Origin: a virus
Taxonomy: Duplodnaviria; Caudoviricetes
DNA length: 64,000 nucleotides
Virus record (IMG/VR): IMGVR_UViG_3300021400_000095
Reading direction: 5' to 3' (one strand)
Part shown: piece after piece, positions 1 through 10,051 of the stretch
Layout: each line of letters starts with the position of its first letter
Position numbering within the stretch: the stretch's first letter is position 1
Translations under genes and position numbers: made by a program
The notes under the pieces: model-generated
The model's input: the letters and a program-made list of their open reading frames with translations, nothing else
What the model was told of the DNA's origin: nothing
Database searches by the model: none

Positions 1-295
1 TTGCATCATAATAACCAGTAAATTCATAAGCAAATCCTATCCCCCTAAATGTTTTTTCAAAACAACAACTTGTTCTATGTTGTTCATATACCCAATCAAC
101 TAACATGTAATCAACTATTGAACTATCTCTTTGATACTTTATATATTTACCCTCCAAATCATTCAAAGCATATTTTTTTAACTGTAAATTTATGATTTTA
201 TCATGTATATCATGTAATTTTGAACTGACTTCAGTATACTCCTTCTCCAATTCCAATATTTTATTGTCAAGATTCTTGTTGTCTGTCTTCTTCAT
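1..295 (-). CDS. hypothetical phage protein (3'-truncated by window edge)
   Basis: Not in the ORF track. ATG at 293-295; I translated MKKTDNKNLDNKILELEKEYTEVSSKL...EFTGYYDA, open to position 1; overlaps the stop of the 267..716 gene. Confidence 0.7.
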   Translation of the reverse strand, partial: MKKTDNKNLDNKILELEKEYTEVSSKLHDIHDKIINLQLKKYALNDLEGKYIKYQRDSSIVDYMLVDWVYEQHRTSCCFEKTFRGIGFAYEFTGYYDA

Positions 296-716
296 TGATA
301 TTTTCCTCTTCATTTTTTACTTCTTTTTTCTTGGTTTTTGGCTTTGCCTTATAAACAAATTCATAATTCTTTAATCTTGAAATTGGTATTGTTTCATCCA
401 TGAATATATCCTGTAATTCAAGTATCTTTTCCTTTAATAATTTGGCCCTTTCTTGGGCTGTTGTCATCTTTTCTATTGTATAATCAATTGCATCAAAAAT
501 CTTTTCAAAACCAACTGCCATTTCAGCACAAAAATAATATGTCTCATTATCCTTTGCTACTGAAACACCAAATTTTTCTTCAACATCCTTACTTACAACC
601 CATTTGTTGGGAAATATGACCATAATATATATTATGTTGTCATTGCCAACTTCCTGCACTTGCATCCCTTTAAAATAAGGCTTTATTTTCTCTATTCTGT
701 TTCCAATATCAGCCAT
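267..716 (-). CDS. hypothetical phage protein, C-terminal coiled coil
   Basis: 149 aa ORF, preceded by a TATATTTG element. Confidence 0.8.
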   Translation of the reverse strand: MADIGNRIEKIKPYFKGMQVQEVGNDNIIYIMVIFPNKWVVSKDVEEKFGVSVAKDNETYYFCAEMAVGFEKIFDAIDYTIEKMTTAQERAKLLKEKILELQDIFMDETIPISRLKNYEFVYKAKPKTKKKEVKNEEENINEEDRQQES

Positions 717-731
717 TCTTTACTTTTTCTA

Positions 732-763
732 CAAATATACATATATTTATTATAAAAATCAAG
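732..763 (-). promoter_or_regulatory. Bacteroidota-type sigma70 promoter (-7 TATATTTG, -33 CTTG)
   Basis: Minus-strand TATATTTG at 732-739, with TTG 20 nt upstream. Confidence 0.55.
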
Positions 764-787
764 TAATTAGAAAAAAATCAAAATATT

Positions 788-1438
788 ATGGATAAGCAAA
801 AACTACTTAAAATAATTGGAATTATTCTTGGTGTTGCCATTATATTTATTGGTGGTATCTATGTTGGAAAAAAAACAACACCAATAAAAACTGTTACAAT
901 TACTAAATATGAAAAAGGTGAAACAATACATGATAGTATTGATAAACCTGTCCCTGTTTATATCAAACAAACAATTGATACAGGCAAATTCATTGCACAA
1001 TGTGTTAAAGATGGTGTGTTCTATGAACTTTTCCCTGAAAAAATTAAATATGATACACTTATACTTGATAAAACTGATTCAACAAAAATCATTGCTGACT
1101 ATTCTGCAAAAAGAGAATATAATGAAACACTCTTTGATTCAGATACACTTGGTACAATGAAAATTAAAACCTCTGTACAATATAATAGACTTGGTACTAT
1201 TAACTATAGTTTTACCCCTGTAACTAAAACAGTTGAAACAACAAAATATGTTGAAAGACATATCCTCCCTTTTGTTGGTGCTGGCCTTTCAACCTTCCCT
1301 TCATATGGTGCTGAAGCAGGTATGTTCATTAATAAATCTTGGGGATTCTCTGTCAATGGTAACTACTACCCAAATTACCAAAATATTCAAAACCTTCCAA
1401 AATTTGATGTTAGTGTGAAAGTACTTAAAATGTTCTAA
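788..1438 (+). CDS. membrane-anchored protein, possible lysis/spanin-like function
   Basis: N-terminal TM helix (IIGIILGVAIIFIGGIYVG); C-terminal amphipathic beta strands ending in Phe; ATATTTAT at 743-750. Confidence 0.6.
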   Translation: MDKQKLLKIIGIILGVAIIFIGGIYVGKKTTPIKTVTITKYEKGETIHDSIDKPVPVYIKQTIDTGKFIAQCVKDGVFYELFPEKIKYDTLILDKTDSTKIIADYSAKREYNETLFDSDTLGTMKIKTSVQYNRLGTINYSFTPVTKTVETTKYVERHILPFVGAGLSTFPSYGAEAGMFINKSWGFSVNGNYYPNYQNIQNLPKFDVSVKVLKMF

Positions 1439-1462
1439 TTTTATTTGTTACAATATAAAAAA

Positions 1463-1494
1463 AATAAAGGTTAGGATTTTTCCTAACCTTTATT
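1463..1494. terminator. bidirectional intrinsic terminator
   Basis: Perfect inverted repeat AATAAAGGTTAGGA-tttt-TCCTAACCTTTATT between convergent genes. Confidence 0.85.
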
Positions 1495-1520
1495 CATTTA
1501 TTTGTGCTATGCTACTATTA

Positions 1521-3779
1521 TTAAGCACCAAATGTACCACAGTCAACAACAAGATTACTTACATCAAGTTTGACAACATCATCTTCCTTTACAATTGCAA
1601 TCTTTGTTAATGCACCATTTGCTGAATTGTCCTTAACAGCACTTACTGCAAATTGCTTTACATCATAAGCATCTGCTAAACCAGTTGCTGCACTTGTAGA
1701 AGTTGCAATGTCATGTGTGATTGCACTGATACCAATAGTAGTACCACTCTCATCCTTAGAAACCTCAGTTGCAATGTACTTGTTGTCATCAACAACCTCA
1801 ATGTCTAATGCTTCCTTAGCAGCATCAATCTCCTTAAGGATGTCACTAATCTTATCAGCAACAGTTGCTGCACTTGTGAATGCTACATTATAATCAGGAT
1901 TAGTTTCACCTGTGTGTGAACCAATCTTATCATCAATTGCCTTTTCAGCATCCTTTGCTCTGTTAACTTCAGCTGTTAATGCACTTGCACTTGCAATGTC
2001 AGTTTCTTTAAGTGTTAAAGTCTTAAGTTTACCATCCTCTTGGACAACACCAACCTCAATATGTGCTGTGTTACCAGAAACCTCTGAATCAAAGCCTTCA
2101 ACTAATTGTTGAACAGCACCACTTAATGCCTGTAAGTCAGAATCACTTGCAATGTTCTTTTCATTAAGAGCAACACTGGTAAGTTTACCATCAGTCTCAA
2201 CAATAGTTACATCAATGTGAGATGTCTTAGCACTTACAGTTGCATCAAGGTCTAATACAGAACCACTTAATGCCTCTAATTGACTTTGTGAAGCAACATC
2301 ATTTAATGCAAATTCATATACATCATGACCATCAGCAGCAACTGTCTTATTAATTGTCATGTGGGTCTTAGTTGCATCACCAGCAACAGTTGTGTTGATT
2401 TCAGTCTTACCTGAAGCCATTGCAGCATCAATTGCATCTTGAACACCTGCAAGTTTGAAACCATTAGCACCAACAGTTAAGAAGTCCTCACTTTGAGAGT
2501 CAACTACACCATGAACAATACCATCTGTTACAGTAACACCACTTGCAAATTCTGCTTCAAGAACAAGTTCAGACATATCAACATAGGTTGTCTGAGTTGC
2601 ACCAGAAGCATCAATGTAAACATATTCAAGATTCTGATAATGTGCATCAGTAGGGTCAGTAATATAATTAATACTTACAATATGACTATCTTTAGGAACA
2701 TCAATGTTTGCACCAATTTGGTCATTATTAGAATCAAGAAGTTGATATCTTTCCTTGATTGTTTCAGGAAGACCTGTTGTAATCTTTACAAGGTCAAGGT
2801 CAGTATAAAGACCATCACCATCACTCTTAAGAACTTTCTCACCTGATTTGATGTTAACTGCAATATCAGTACCTGTAGCAGCAGTTGTTACATTAATTGA
2901 GTTGTCTTCACTTGCAACTGTGACAGCACTGACAGCTTCAGCAATCTCATCTTCAATCTTGTCAATAGCCTGACCAAGAGTATCAGCAGAAGTTACTGTA
3001 CCATGGTCACCATTGTAGCCATTAAGTTTAATGTCAGTAAGATTTGCCTTTGTTTCAGTAACCTTACCATCAGCCTCAGCAACAGTGGTAACTACCTTAC
3101 CTTCAACTGCATCAGCTTCTTTGTCCATTGCATTGATTTGACCTTGGAGTTTACCAAGAGCAGCATTAAGTGTATCAGTTTCTGCAAGTTTTGCATCTGC
3201 ACCTTCTGTATAACCAGTAATTGTGAACTCACCAACATGCTTAGTGTCTGCACTACCAATTAATCCACCATGTTGCTCTAAGTCAACAAGAATCTTATCA
3301 GGGTCAGCATTTACTGAATTAACATTGAGGTCATCAAGAACTGCATCATCAATTCTCTTGATATTTTCATCAAGTTCTTTAAGAGCATCAATAACAGTTG
3401 TTTTACCAGAAAGATAATTTGTATTAGTAAATGCACTTGCTGGCATTGTACCATTATTTGCAAGACCAACAGCAGCAATAATATTATTTACTCTTTCAGT
3501 TTCATGTCCTGTTGCTTCTTGAATTTCAAGAACTTTACCATCAACATATGCTTGATTTACAAATCTAACAGCAGTGTCTTTATCACTAGCAAGTGTCCAT
3601 AATGATGTACCTGTGTTACCTGAACCAGCATCACCAAGTTGAACTATGATTTCACCTTCAGCTGCAACATCTTTTAATCTACCATTAGCAAGACCATGAG
3701 GGCCAATTGCTTCAGCACCAAGTGTTGTCCTTAAGTGTTGTAAAACTTTTCTGTTTAATTCACTAGGAGTTTTAGCCAT
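1521..3779 (-). CDS. virion fibre-like structural protein
   Basis: 752 aa, A/D/T/V-rich, repeated 'DTL..A..KL' coiled segments and 'V.ETDGKLT...E.DIAS...L.ALS' repeats, N-terminal GEI motif, C-terminal DCGTF. Confidence 0.65.
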   Translation of the reverse strand: MAKTPSELNRKVLQHLRTTLGAEAIGPHGLANGRLKDVAAEGEIIVQLGDAGSGNTGTSLWTLASDKDTAVRFVNQAYVDGKVLEIQEATGHETERVNNIIAAVGLANNGTMPASAFTNTNYLSGKTTVIDALKELDENIKRIDDAVLDDLNVNSVNADPDKILVDLEQHGGLIGSADTKHVGEFTITGYTEGADAKLAETDTLNAALGKLQGQINAMDKEADAVEGKVVTTVAEADGKVTETKANLTDIKLNGYNGDHGTVTSADTLGQAIDKIEDEIAEAVSAVTVASEDNSINVTTAATGTDIAVNIKSGEKVLKSDGDGLYTDLDLVKITTGLPETIKERYQLLDSNNDQIGANIDVPKDSHIVSINYITDPTDAHYQNLEYVYIDASGATQTTYVDMSELVLEAEFASGVTVTDGIVHGVVDSQSEDFLTVGANGFKLAGVQDAIDAAMASGKTEINTTVAGDATKTHMTINKTVAADGHDVYEFALNDVASQSQLEALSGSVLDLDATVSAKTSHIDVTIVETDGKLTSVALNEKNIASDSDLQALSGAVQQLVEGFDSEVSGNTAHIEVGVVQEDGKLKTLTLKETDIASASALTAEVNRAKDAEKAIDDKIGSHTGETNPDYNVAFTSAATVADKISDILKEIDAAKEALDIEVVDDNKYIATEVSKDESGTTIGISAITHDIATSTSAATGLADAYDVKQFAVSAVKDNSANGALTKIAIVKEDDVVKLDVSNLVVDCGTFGA

Positions 3780-3815
3780 AATTTTATTTGTTTAATATTT
3801 GTTATTTTATTTTTA

Positions 3816-3825
3816 TATAAATAGT
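3816..3825 (-). promoter_or_regulatory. putative phage late promoter ACTATTTATA
   Basis: Identical 10-mer upstream of structural genes at 3816, 7491, 33582 and 58093. Confidence 0.6.
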
Positions 3826-3850
3826 TTTATTTTTTCAATAATATTTAATT

Positions 3851-6800
3851 TTAATAATCACCTGCATCAAAAATTACTGTATCTGTACTATTTTCTAATG
3901 CAAGCACTCTTGTATTGAGGTTATTCATTGCTGCTGAAATTACTTTACCATCAAGGTCAATCTCATCCTTTGTATAGAAATTTTCAGTTGCATATGAAGC
4001 AACATCACCACTTGTGACTAAATTAGCAGTTGCAGTTGCAATTGCAGCATCAGTTTGACCACTTGTGTAATATCCACTTAAATCAACCTGTCCTGAATTA
4101 CCACTAATGACAGCAATCTTGTTATTAAGGTCATTCAATGCCGTTGAGATAACAAATTCATCATCAATCCATTGCTCTTTTGTAAGGAATTTGTCATCAG
4201 CCTCTTCTTTAGTATAAACTGAGCCAGTAACACTTTCTTCAATTTCACCAATCCTGTCATTGAGGTCATTTATTGCAGCAGCAATCACCTCTTCCTTAGG
4301 ATTAAGGAAGTCATATGTTACATAGTATTCAGTGTTAGCTGAAAGTTGATTAAGTTTGCTGTTAATTGCATTGTCAGCACTCTGTCTTTGGCTTCTTTCA
4401 TTATTAATTGCACCTGTCAACTCTTGTCTAAGGCCATCAAGTTGGTCACTTACATCAATATCAGCAATTAACTCATCCACTTCTTCTTTAGTATAGACAT
4501 CACCACTGATATTTTGTTCAAGGGTTTCAAGTCTTTCATCAAGGTCATTTAATGCAGCAGCAGTTACTCTTTCATCTTCAACAATAACTTTTTTAAGAAC
4601 AGTTGCATCAACTGCTTTTTTAGAAGGATTTGATTCATCCATTGTAACTGCTGAAAATTCAGCAACAGTTTGGATTAAATCAATATCAGATGATGAGCCA
4701 CTTAATTCAATAATTCTTTCATTTAAATCATTTAAAGCAGCTGCAATTACCTCAGAATCATCATCAATTTCTTCTTTGGTGTAGTAATTTGTCAAAGCAC
4801 TTTCAACATAATCTTCAACCCATACTTCAGTTGCATAACCACTAACAACAGGAATATCAGTTTTATCTGCTTTTCTATCATTAAGGTCATTTAAAGAAGC
4901 AGCAATTACTTTCTCAGCATTATCAATTTCTTCTTTAGTATAGTATTGGGTTAAAGCACTTTCAACATAATCTTGTGTTTCTGCTGAAGTCCAATATGCT
5001 GAAAGGTCAACTTGTCCTGAATTACCACTTAATTCAATAATTCTTGCATTTAAATCATTTAGAGCAGCAGAGACAACTTCTTCAGAATCATCAATTTCTT
5101 CTTTAGTATAGTATTCAGTTAAAGCACTTTCAATTTGTGTTTCAACATCACCACTTGTTGTATAGGTAGCACCAAGGTTAAAAGTAATTTGGTGGCCACT
5201 TACAGCAATATCAGTAACAGCATTACCATTACCTGTACTTGCAGAAGTTAATTGAGTTTCAGCAGTAAGAACTGTTCCAAGGTCAACAACACCTGTATTA
5301 GATACTGTTAAATCATCACCATTCATGGTAATACCAGTAACCAATGTACCTAATGCTGCTGTATCACCTGTAACTGTTTTATTGTTAAAAGTAATTGCAG
5401 AGACAAAATGCTTATTATCAATCTCAGTTTTGGTATAGTAATTATTTGGATTAAAGATATCAGTCAATGGAATTGCAATATCTTGTTTTCCAGCATCTGT
5501 ATTAAATGTAATTACTAAACTACCACCAGAGATGAGTACATTGTCAACCATTCCATCCTTAACAAAATTAGCACCATCAATGGTCATTGAAGTCAATGTA
5601 GTACCATTGTTTTTGAAATATATTTTCTTATCAGTACTATTCCATTCAGCAGAATCAGGATAAACATTTAAATCAGGTTTATTTTGGATAAATGCATCAC
5701 TTGTTGTTGCTGTTTCATTCCAATCAGCCTGAACATTAACCTCAGCACCTTCTTCAATACCTGCTAACTTGTTTTTCTCTGTGGTTGTATAATTATTGTC
5801 AGTATGGACATAATTTGCATCTTGAACATAATTTGAACCAAGATTTAAAACCTTGTTAGTTACTGTAACATTAGAACCATTAATGGTTGCACCTGTTACC
5901 ATATTGGTGTATGCAGTTGCACCTGAACTAGCATTATTTCTAATGGTAGTCAAATCATCAATTGCATCTTGTTTATTATTCCAATTAGTTCTTTCTTGTG
6001 CAGTAATGTGTGCAGTTGTATCACCTGTATGTGCAGTAAATGCAGATAAAGGTGTATAATCACTTAATTTCCTTGTTGAACCATCAGTAATATCATCTAA
6101 TGTAGAAGGAATTGTGATTGTTTTTCTTGTTGAAGAAACAGTAAGGTCACCATCTGTTGCAGTATTAGTTCCAGCAAGACTTTCAACATAAGTTATTGTT
6201 TTAGCAGTTTCAGCAGTAGCAGTACCATTATCAGCAATTAATTTATGTTTTGCATGGTCTGTTGTAACAACCAAATCAAGTTTACCATTAGTAATTGTCT
6301 GTGCACTACCATTTAAATCAACTGCTGTAACAACTGTACCTAAATCAGCAACTTTATTGGCCTTACTTACAGCAGAACCATTCATAGTTACACCTGTAAG
6401 CATGTCAGTATAAGCAGTTGCACCTGAACTAGCATTATTTCTAATGGTTGTTAGGTCATTAATTGCATCTTGCTTACCATTCCAAGTTGATTTTTCAGTG
6501 TCAGTAACTAATCTATGTGTTGCATCATCAGATAATTCTGATAATTGTGTAGGAACAGTAATATCAACAGATTTATCTGTTATTGTTTGTTCTGTTCCAT
6601 TTACTTTTACTTTTTCAATAACATTTACCTGTGCACCATTTTCAATACCACTTAATTTAGTTCTTTCTTCATCAGTAAAGTTGTTAATGGTTTTTCTTGT
6701 TGAATATAGATTCAAATTACCACTTGTTTTTGGTGAACCACTAAGACTGTCAACAATTGTTACTGTTTGTGCAGTGGTTTGACTTGTAGGTGTACCATCA

Positions 6801-7456
6801 TTGGCTATTAAAGCATGTTCAGCATGGTCTGTTGTTACTGTTAAATCAAGCACACCATCAGTAATTGTTTGTGCACTACCATTTAAATTAACTGCATTAA
6901 CAACAGTTCCAAGGTCAACAATACCATTAGTATCAGGAGATTTTGTACTACCATTTTCCTTTACACCTGTTACAGTACCCTTATAGTTTTGAATAAGTCC
7001 TTCAACATCAGCAGTTGTTACTGGTGTTGAACCAGTAACATGGCCAAATTTATCAGAACTTATTTTGTTAAAGCCACTTACAGGTGTAAAATCACTTTTA
7101 TGTGAGATAGTAATAGAATTACCACTTGCATCAGTATTTACTAAATTGGCTGAGATTACAGTATCACCTGATACACTATTAATTGTACTATCAAGGACTA
7201 CTTCAGCAAGGTGTGCAACAGTATTATATACATTTTGTACTTTTTTGTTAACAGAACCTTCTGTGATAAAAGTTGCTAAAGTATTAGCATTATTACTATC
7301 ATTAACAGTTTCAACATAAAGTTTGGTATCATCATCTTTAGTTGACCCACTAACATGAACAACAGCTATTTCACCAAGAGATAATTTTCCAACAGGTTTG
7401 GCATCTATTGTGCCACTGTGTAAATTAATTAATTGTTTTCTTTGTTTTTCAGCCAT
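3851..7456 (-). CDS. long tail-fibre-like protein
   Basis: 1201 aa; fibre-type segments (HTDNNYTTTEKNKLAGIE..AEVNVQADW...FIQNKP), DLGT repeats, coiled-coil repeats, ends DAGDY. Confidence 0.75.
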   Translation of the reverse strand: MAEKQRKQLINLHSGTIDAKPVGKLSLGEIAVVHVSGSTKDDDTKLYVETVNDSNNANTLATFITEGSVNKKVQNVYNTVAHLAEVVLDSTINSVSGDTVISANLVNTDASGNSITISHKSDFTPVSGFNKISSDKFGHVTGSTPVTTADVEGLIQNYKGTVTGVKENGSTKSPDTNGIVDLGTVVNAVNLNGSAQTITDGVLDLTVTTDHAEHALIANDGTPTSQTTAQTVTIVDSLSGSPKTSGNLNLYSTRKTINNFTDEERTKLSGIENGAQVNVIEKVKVNGTEQTITDKSVDITVPTQLSELSDDATHRLVTDTEKSTWNGKQDAINDLTTIRNNASSGATAYTDMLTGVTMNGSAVSKANKVADLGTVVTAVDLNGSAQTITNGKLDLVVTTDHAKHKLIADNGTATAETAKTITYVESLAGTNTATDGDLTVSSTRKTITIPSTLDDITDGSTRKLSDYTPLSAFTAHTGDTTAHITAQERTNWNNKQDAIDDLTTIRNNASSGATAYTNMVTGATINGSNVTVTNKVLNLGSNYVQDANYVHTDNNYTTTEKNKLAGIEEGAEVNVQADWNETATTSDAFIQNKPDLNVYPDSAEWNSTDKKIYFKNNGTTLTSMTIDGANFVKDGMVDNVLISGGSLVITFNTDAGKQDIAIPLTDIFNPNNYYTKTEIDNKHFVSAITFNNKTVTGDTAALGTLVTGITMNGDDLTVSNTGVVDLGTVLTAETQLTSASTGNGNAVTDIAVSGHQITFNLGATYTTSGDVETQIESALTEYYTKEEIDDSEEVVSAALNDLNARIIELSGNSGQVDLSAYWTSAETQDYVESALTQYYTKEEIDNAEKVIAASLNDLNDRKADKTDIPVVSGYATEVWVEDYVESALTNYYTKEEIDDDSEVIAAALNDLNERIIELSGSSSDIDLIQTVAEFSAVTMDESNPSKKAVDATVLKKVIVEDERVTAAALNDLDERLETLEQNISGDVYTKEEVDELIADIDVSDQLDGLRQELTGAINNERSQRQSADNAINSKLNQLSANTEYYVTYDFLNPKEEVIAAAINDLNDRIGEIEESVTGSVYTKEEADDKFLTKEQWIDDEFVISTALNDLNNKIAVISGNSGQVDLSGYYTSGQTDAAIATATANLVTSGDVASYATENFYTKDEIDLDGKVISAAMNNLNTRVLALENSTDTVIFDAGDY
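3900..5130 (-). repeat. ~7 intragenic repeats YTKEEIDD.E.VIAAALNDLN.R
   Basis: Repeated peptide visible in the translation; DNA copies such as tcaatttcttctttagtatagta. Confidence 0.85.
5890..6920 (-). repeat. intragenic duplications in fibre gene
   Basis: QDAI.DLTTIRNNASSGATAYT at ~5890-5975 and ~6390-6475; DLGTVV.AV.LNGSAQTIT.G.LDL.VTTDHA at ~6250-6350 and ~6820-6920. Confidence 0.85.
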
Positions 7457-7490
7457 TGTATCTTTGTTTATATAAACTTTATTTGCTCTC

Positions 7491-7500
7491 TATAAATAGT
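7491..7500 (-). promoter_or_regulatory. putative phage late promoter ACTATTTATA
   Basis: Exact motif 35 nt upstream of the fibre ATG. Confidence 0.6.
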
Positions 7501-7517
7501 CACAATATTAGAAAAAA

Positions 7518-7547
7518 ACAGGAAGACTTATTAATAAATCTCCCTGT
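7518..7547 (-). terminator. putative terminator
   Basis: Imperfect hairpin ACAGGAAGACTTA/TAAATCTCCCTGT with a minus-strand U-tract. Confidence 0.45.
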
Positions 7548-7628
7548 AAAAATAAAAAACAAATGATACAATTTGGCTTTTAAAACCTTTTCAATATAAA
7601 AATAATATATAATCTCTAAAAAAACAAG

Positions 7629-8780
7629 TTATTTAGTATATTCTGATGTTGATGTCATCTGTATTTTCTTTTTTGTCCAACCTGTCATTTCAATTAATTT
7701 GTCTTCCAATTTTTTTCTTTTTTCTGAAATAACATTAAATGAACCTAAAAAGAATACTTGTTTTACTTTATCTTTTTTTACATATTCTTCCAATAAACTA
7801 TAAAACCTACCAGCATCTGTTACTGATTTACAAAAAACAATATCCAATTCATCATTATCATCTTTAAATATGATTTTGTTTTTATATAAACAAACAAATC
7901 TTAAATCATATTCACTATATATTTTACCTAATAATATGTTTTCATATATCCATTGAAATGTTTTCCTGTCTTTTCTGTTATTGTAACCCCAAACCCAAAA
8001 AGTTTCTTCTACATCATATTTAAATTTGTCATATACACTCCAATTTAAACTATTTGTCTTTTGTTCAACTAATTTTCCATATTCATTTCTTAATAAATTA
8101 ATCTTTTCAGAATCTGTTTTCCTTTCAAGTATTAAATATTCATATTTTGCATCTGTCATTTTATTGGATATTGATATTCTTGATGGGAAAATAACCTCTT
8201 TTGACTCTCTAAGTAATTCATTTACCTTTTCATATGCTGTTGAAACATTTTCACAATAACAAATAAACTCATTTTGATTCCCATTTCTACATGAAACAAC
8301 CTTATAATTAAAACTATTATATTTCTTTGGTAAGTTTCTTTTTAATTCAAGTTCCTTTTTCTTTTTTCTCCTTTTATAATAGTTAATTTTTCTACCAACC
8401 TTTTTTGGCCTTCCTATTGGCCTTTTTTTCTTAACTGGTTTTGGTGGATGTGCTTCTAAATATAATCTTTTCTTTTCTGCTTCTCTTTCCTTCTTCTTTT
8501 GCTTTTTAATCCTTTCCTTTTCTTTTTTTTCTTCCTTTAATTTTATTGCTTTTGCTCTTTCCCTCTCCCTTTTTCTTAATTTCTTTTCTTTCTCCCTTTT
8601 TAACCTTTTTTCTTTTTCTTTTCTTAATTTTTTGCAATATTCTTCATGACCTCTCTTTCTATTTTCAGCAATTTTTTTATTATGCCTTAATTGAAAGATG
8701 GTAATACCCTTTTCTTTTGCCTCCTGTTCCTCTTTTTCAAGAGTTTCTTTATCTATAAAATATTTTGTTTTTTCAGTCAT
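7629..8780 (-). CDS. very basic protein with AT-hook-like motif
   Basis: 383 aa; K/R/E-rich N-terminal 150 aa; KKRPIGRPKKVGRK. Confidence 0.75.
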   Translation of the reverse strand: MTEKTKYFIDKETLEKEEQEAKEKGITIFQLRHNKKIAENRKRGHEEYCKKLRKEKEKRLKREKEKKLRKRERERAKAIKLKEEKKEKERIKKQKKKEREAEKKRLYLEAHPPKPVKKKRPIGRPKKVGRKINYYKRRKKKKELELKRNLPKKYNSFNYKVVSCRNGNQNEFICYCENVSTAYEKVNELLRESKEVIFPSRISISNKMTDAKYEYLILERKTDSEKINLLRNEYGKLVEQKTNSLNWSVYDKFKYDVEETFWVWGYNNRKDRKTFQWIYENILLGKIYSEYDLRFVCLYKNKIIFKDDNDELDIVFCKSVTDAGRFYSLLEEYVKKDKVKQVFFLGSFNVISEKRKKLEDKLIEMTGWTKKKIQMTSTSEYTK

Positions 8781-8794
8781 TTTATATATATTTG
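8764..8794 (+). promoter_or_regulatory. Bacteroidota sigma70 promoter TTTG-N19-TATATTTG
   Basis: Exact match to the established -33/-7 consensus, upstream of 8820. Confidence 0.7.
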
Positions 8795-8819
8795 CAGTAA
8801 CTAATTAAATATATAGTTT

Positions 8820-9224
8820 ATGAGTGAAAAAGTAAACACCACATTATTTGAAGATATTGTCAATAATGTGATAACAACAACAAAAAAAGGTATAGTCATA
8901 ACCATCCCAAAAACAATTAAATGGGAAAACTATAAGAAAGAACTTGATGCTGTTGCTGATTGGTCACAAGCAATGAATTTTAAAGTAAGCCATAAACCAA
9001 AAGACCTTGAACCTGGTAATAGGGTATATTTATGTTATAACAACCAAATTATTGGCTGGCAAACATTTATTGGATATTATACAGGTCAATTTAATTGTAC
9101 AACAACAGGAAATGATTGGAAAGGTGTCTTTATTCAAAGAAGTGGCCCATTCCACTACCTTGAAACACCTATTCCTTGTAAGGGATTCAGAGGATTTAAA
9201 TATTTTGATTATGTTGTAGAATAA
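8820..9224 (+). CDS. hypothetical protein (possibly PUA/ASCH-like fold)
   Basis: 134 aa ORF; PG.RVYL and PIPCKGFRGF segments. Confidence 0.7.
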   Translation: MSEKVNTTLFEDIVNNVITTTKKGIVITIPKTIKWENYKKELDAVADWSQAMNFKVSHKPKDLEPGNRVYLCYNNQIIGWQTFIGYYTGQFNCTTTGNDWKGVFIQRSGPFHYLETPIPCKGFRGFKYFDYVVE

Positions 9225-9258
9225 CATTCAAGAATTATTAAAATATAAAAGTTGACTT

Positions 9259-9522
9259 ATGAGAAAAACAATAAAAGAAATATTTACAACAAACATTAAT
9301 ACTACTGGGTTTGTTGATAATTCATCTTATACAACACAAACAAGTGCAAAACCATTTCAATGTGTTTATATTGCATGGTCACATGCACATGATTTCTATC
9401 CTGAAATGGTACTTGGATATTTTGACACAATTGTGGATGCAGAACAAGCAATTATTAATAATGGATATGGTGGTAGAATTGAACAAACCACTTGGGATGA
9501 ACTTACAAAAATAACATATTAA
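9259..9522 (+). CDS. hypothetical protein
   Basis: 87 aa ORF, co-oriented within the operon. Confidence 0.6.
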   Translation: MRKTIKEIFTTNINTTGFVDNSSYTTQTSAKPFQCVYIAWSHAHDFYPEMVLGYFDTIVDAEQAIINNGYGGRIEQTTWDELTKITY

Positions 9523-9547
9523 ATAATATATAAAAATATAAATAGTT

Positions 9548-10015
9548 ATGGCAAAATTTTATGCAGCAGATGAAGAAATTCAAAATCTAGTACATGAGGT
9601 AGCAGCTGAACTTGGTCTTGAACAATACATGGACTTTGAAGCATTGTGTGTGCCTAAGGCAAAAGAAGTTGTTACTGTTTCAAAGGCAAGTGCCCTTGCT
9701 GAATTCCTTTCAAATAGGGATGACCTTATTCTTGTTATGGTTTTTGATGAAGTATTTAGTCAATTTGATGAGAAAACTAAATATATGTTTATTAGAATGG
9801 CAATGGACAAAATTTCTTATGATAGTGAAAAAGATAAGATTGTTCTTGATTGCCCTATGATTACCCTACCTGTTGGCTTCTATCAGAAGTATGAAAAAGT
9901 TGCAGTAGACACTGCCCTTCTTGGCCAAATGTCAATTGCACAATGGGAAGATAAGAAGAGACAAGAAAAGGAAGAAAAGAAAGCACTTAAGACTAAAAAG
10001 AAGAAGTCTGAATAA
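9548..10015 (+). CDS. hypothetical protein (resembles phage metallopeptidase-like family but lacks HExxH)
   Basis: 155 aa ORF followed by a terminator; family resemblance is weak and from memory. Confidence 0.7.
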   Translation: MAKFYAADEEIQNLVHEVAAELGLEQYMDFEALCVPKAKEVVTVSKASALAEFLSNRDDLILVMVFDEVFSQFDEKTKYMFIRMAMDKISYDSEKDKIVLDCPMITLPVGFYQKYEKVAVDTALLGQMSIAQWEDKKRQEKEEKKALKTKKKKSE

Positions 10016-10021
10016 AAAAGA

Positions 10022-10047
10022 AAAGAGGTCTAAACTTAGACCTCTTT
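10022..10047. terminator. bidirectional intrinsic terminator
   Basis: AAAGAGGTCTA-aact-TAGACCTCTTT between convergent genes. Confidence 0.85.
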
Positions 10048-10051
10048 CTTA

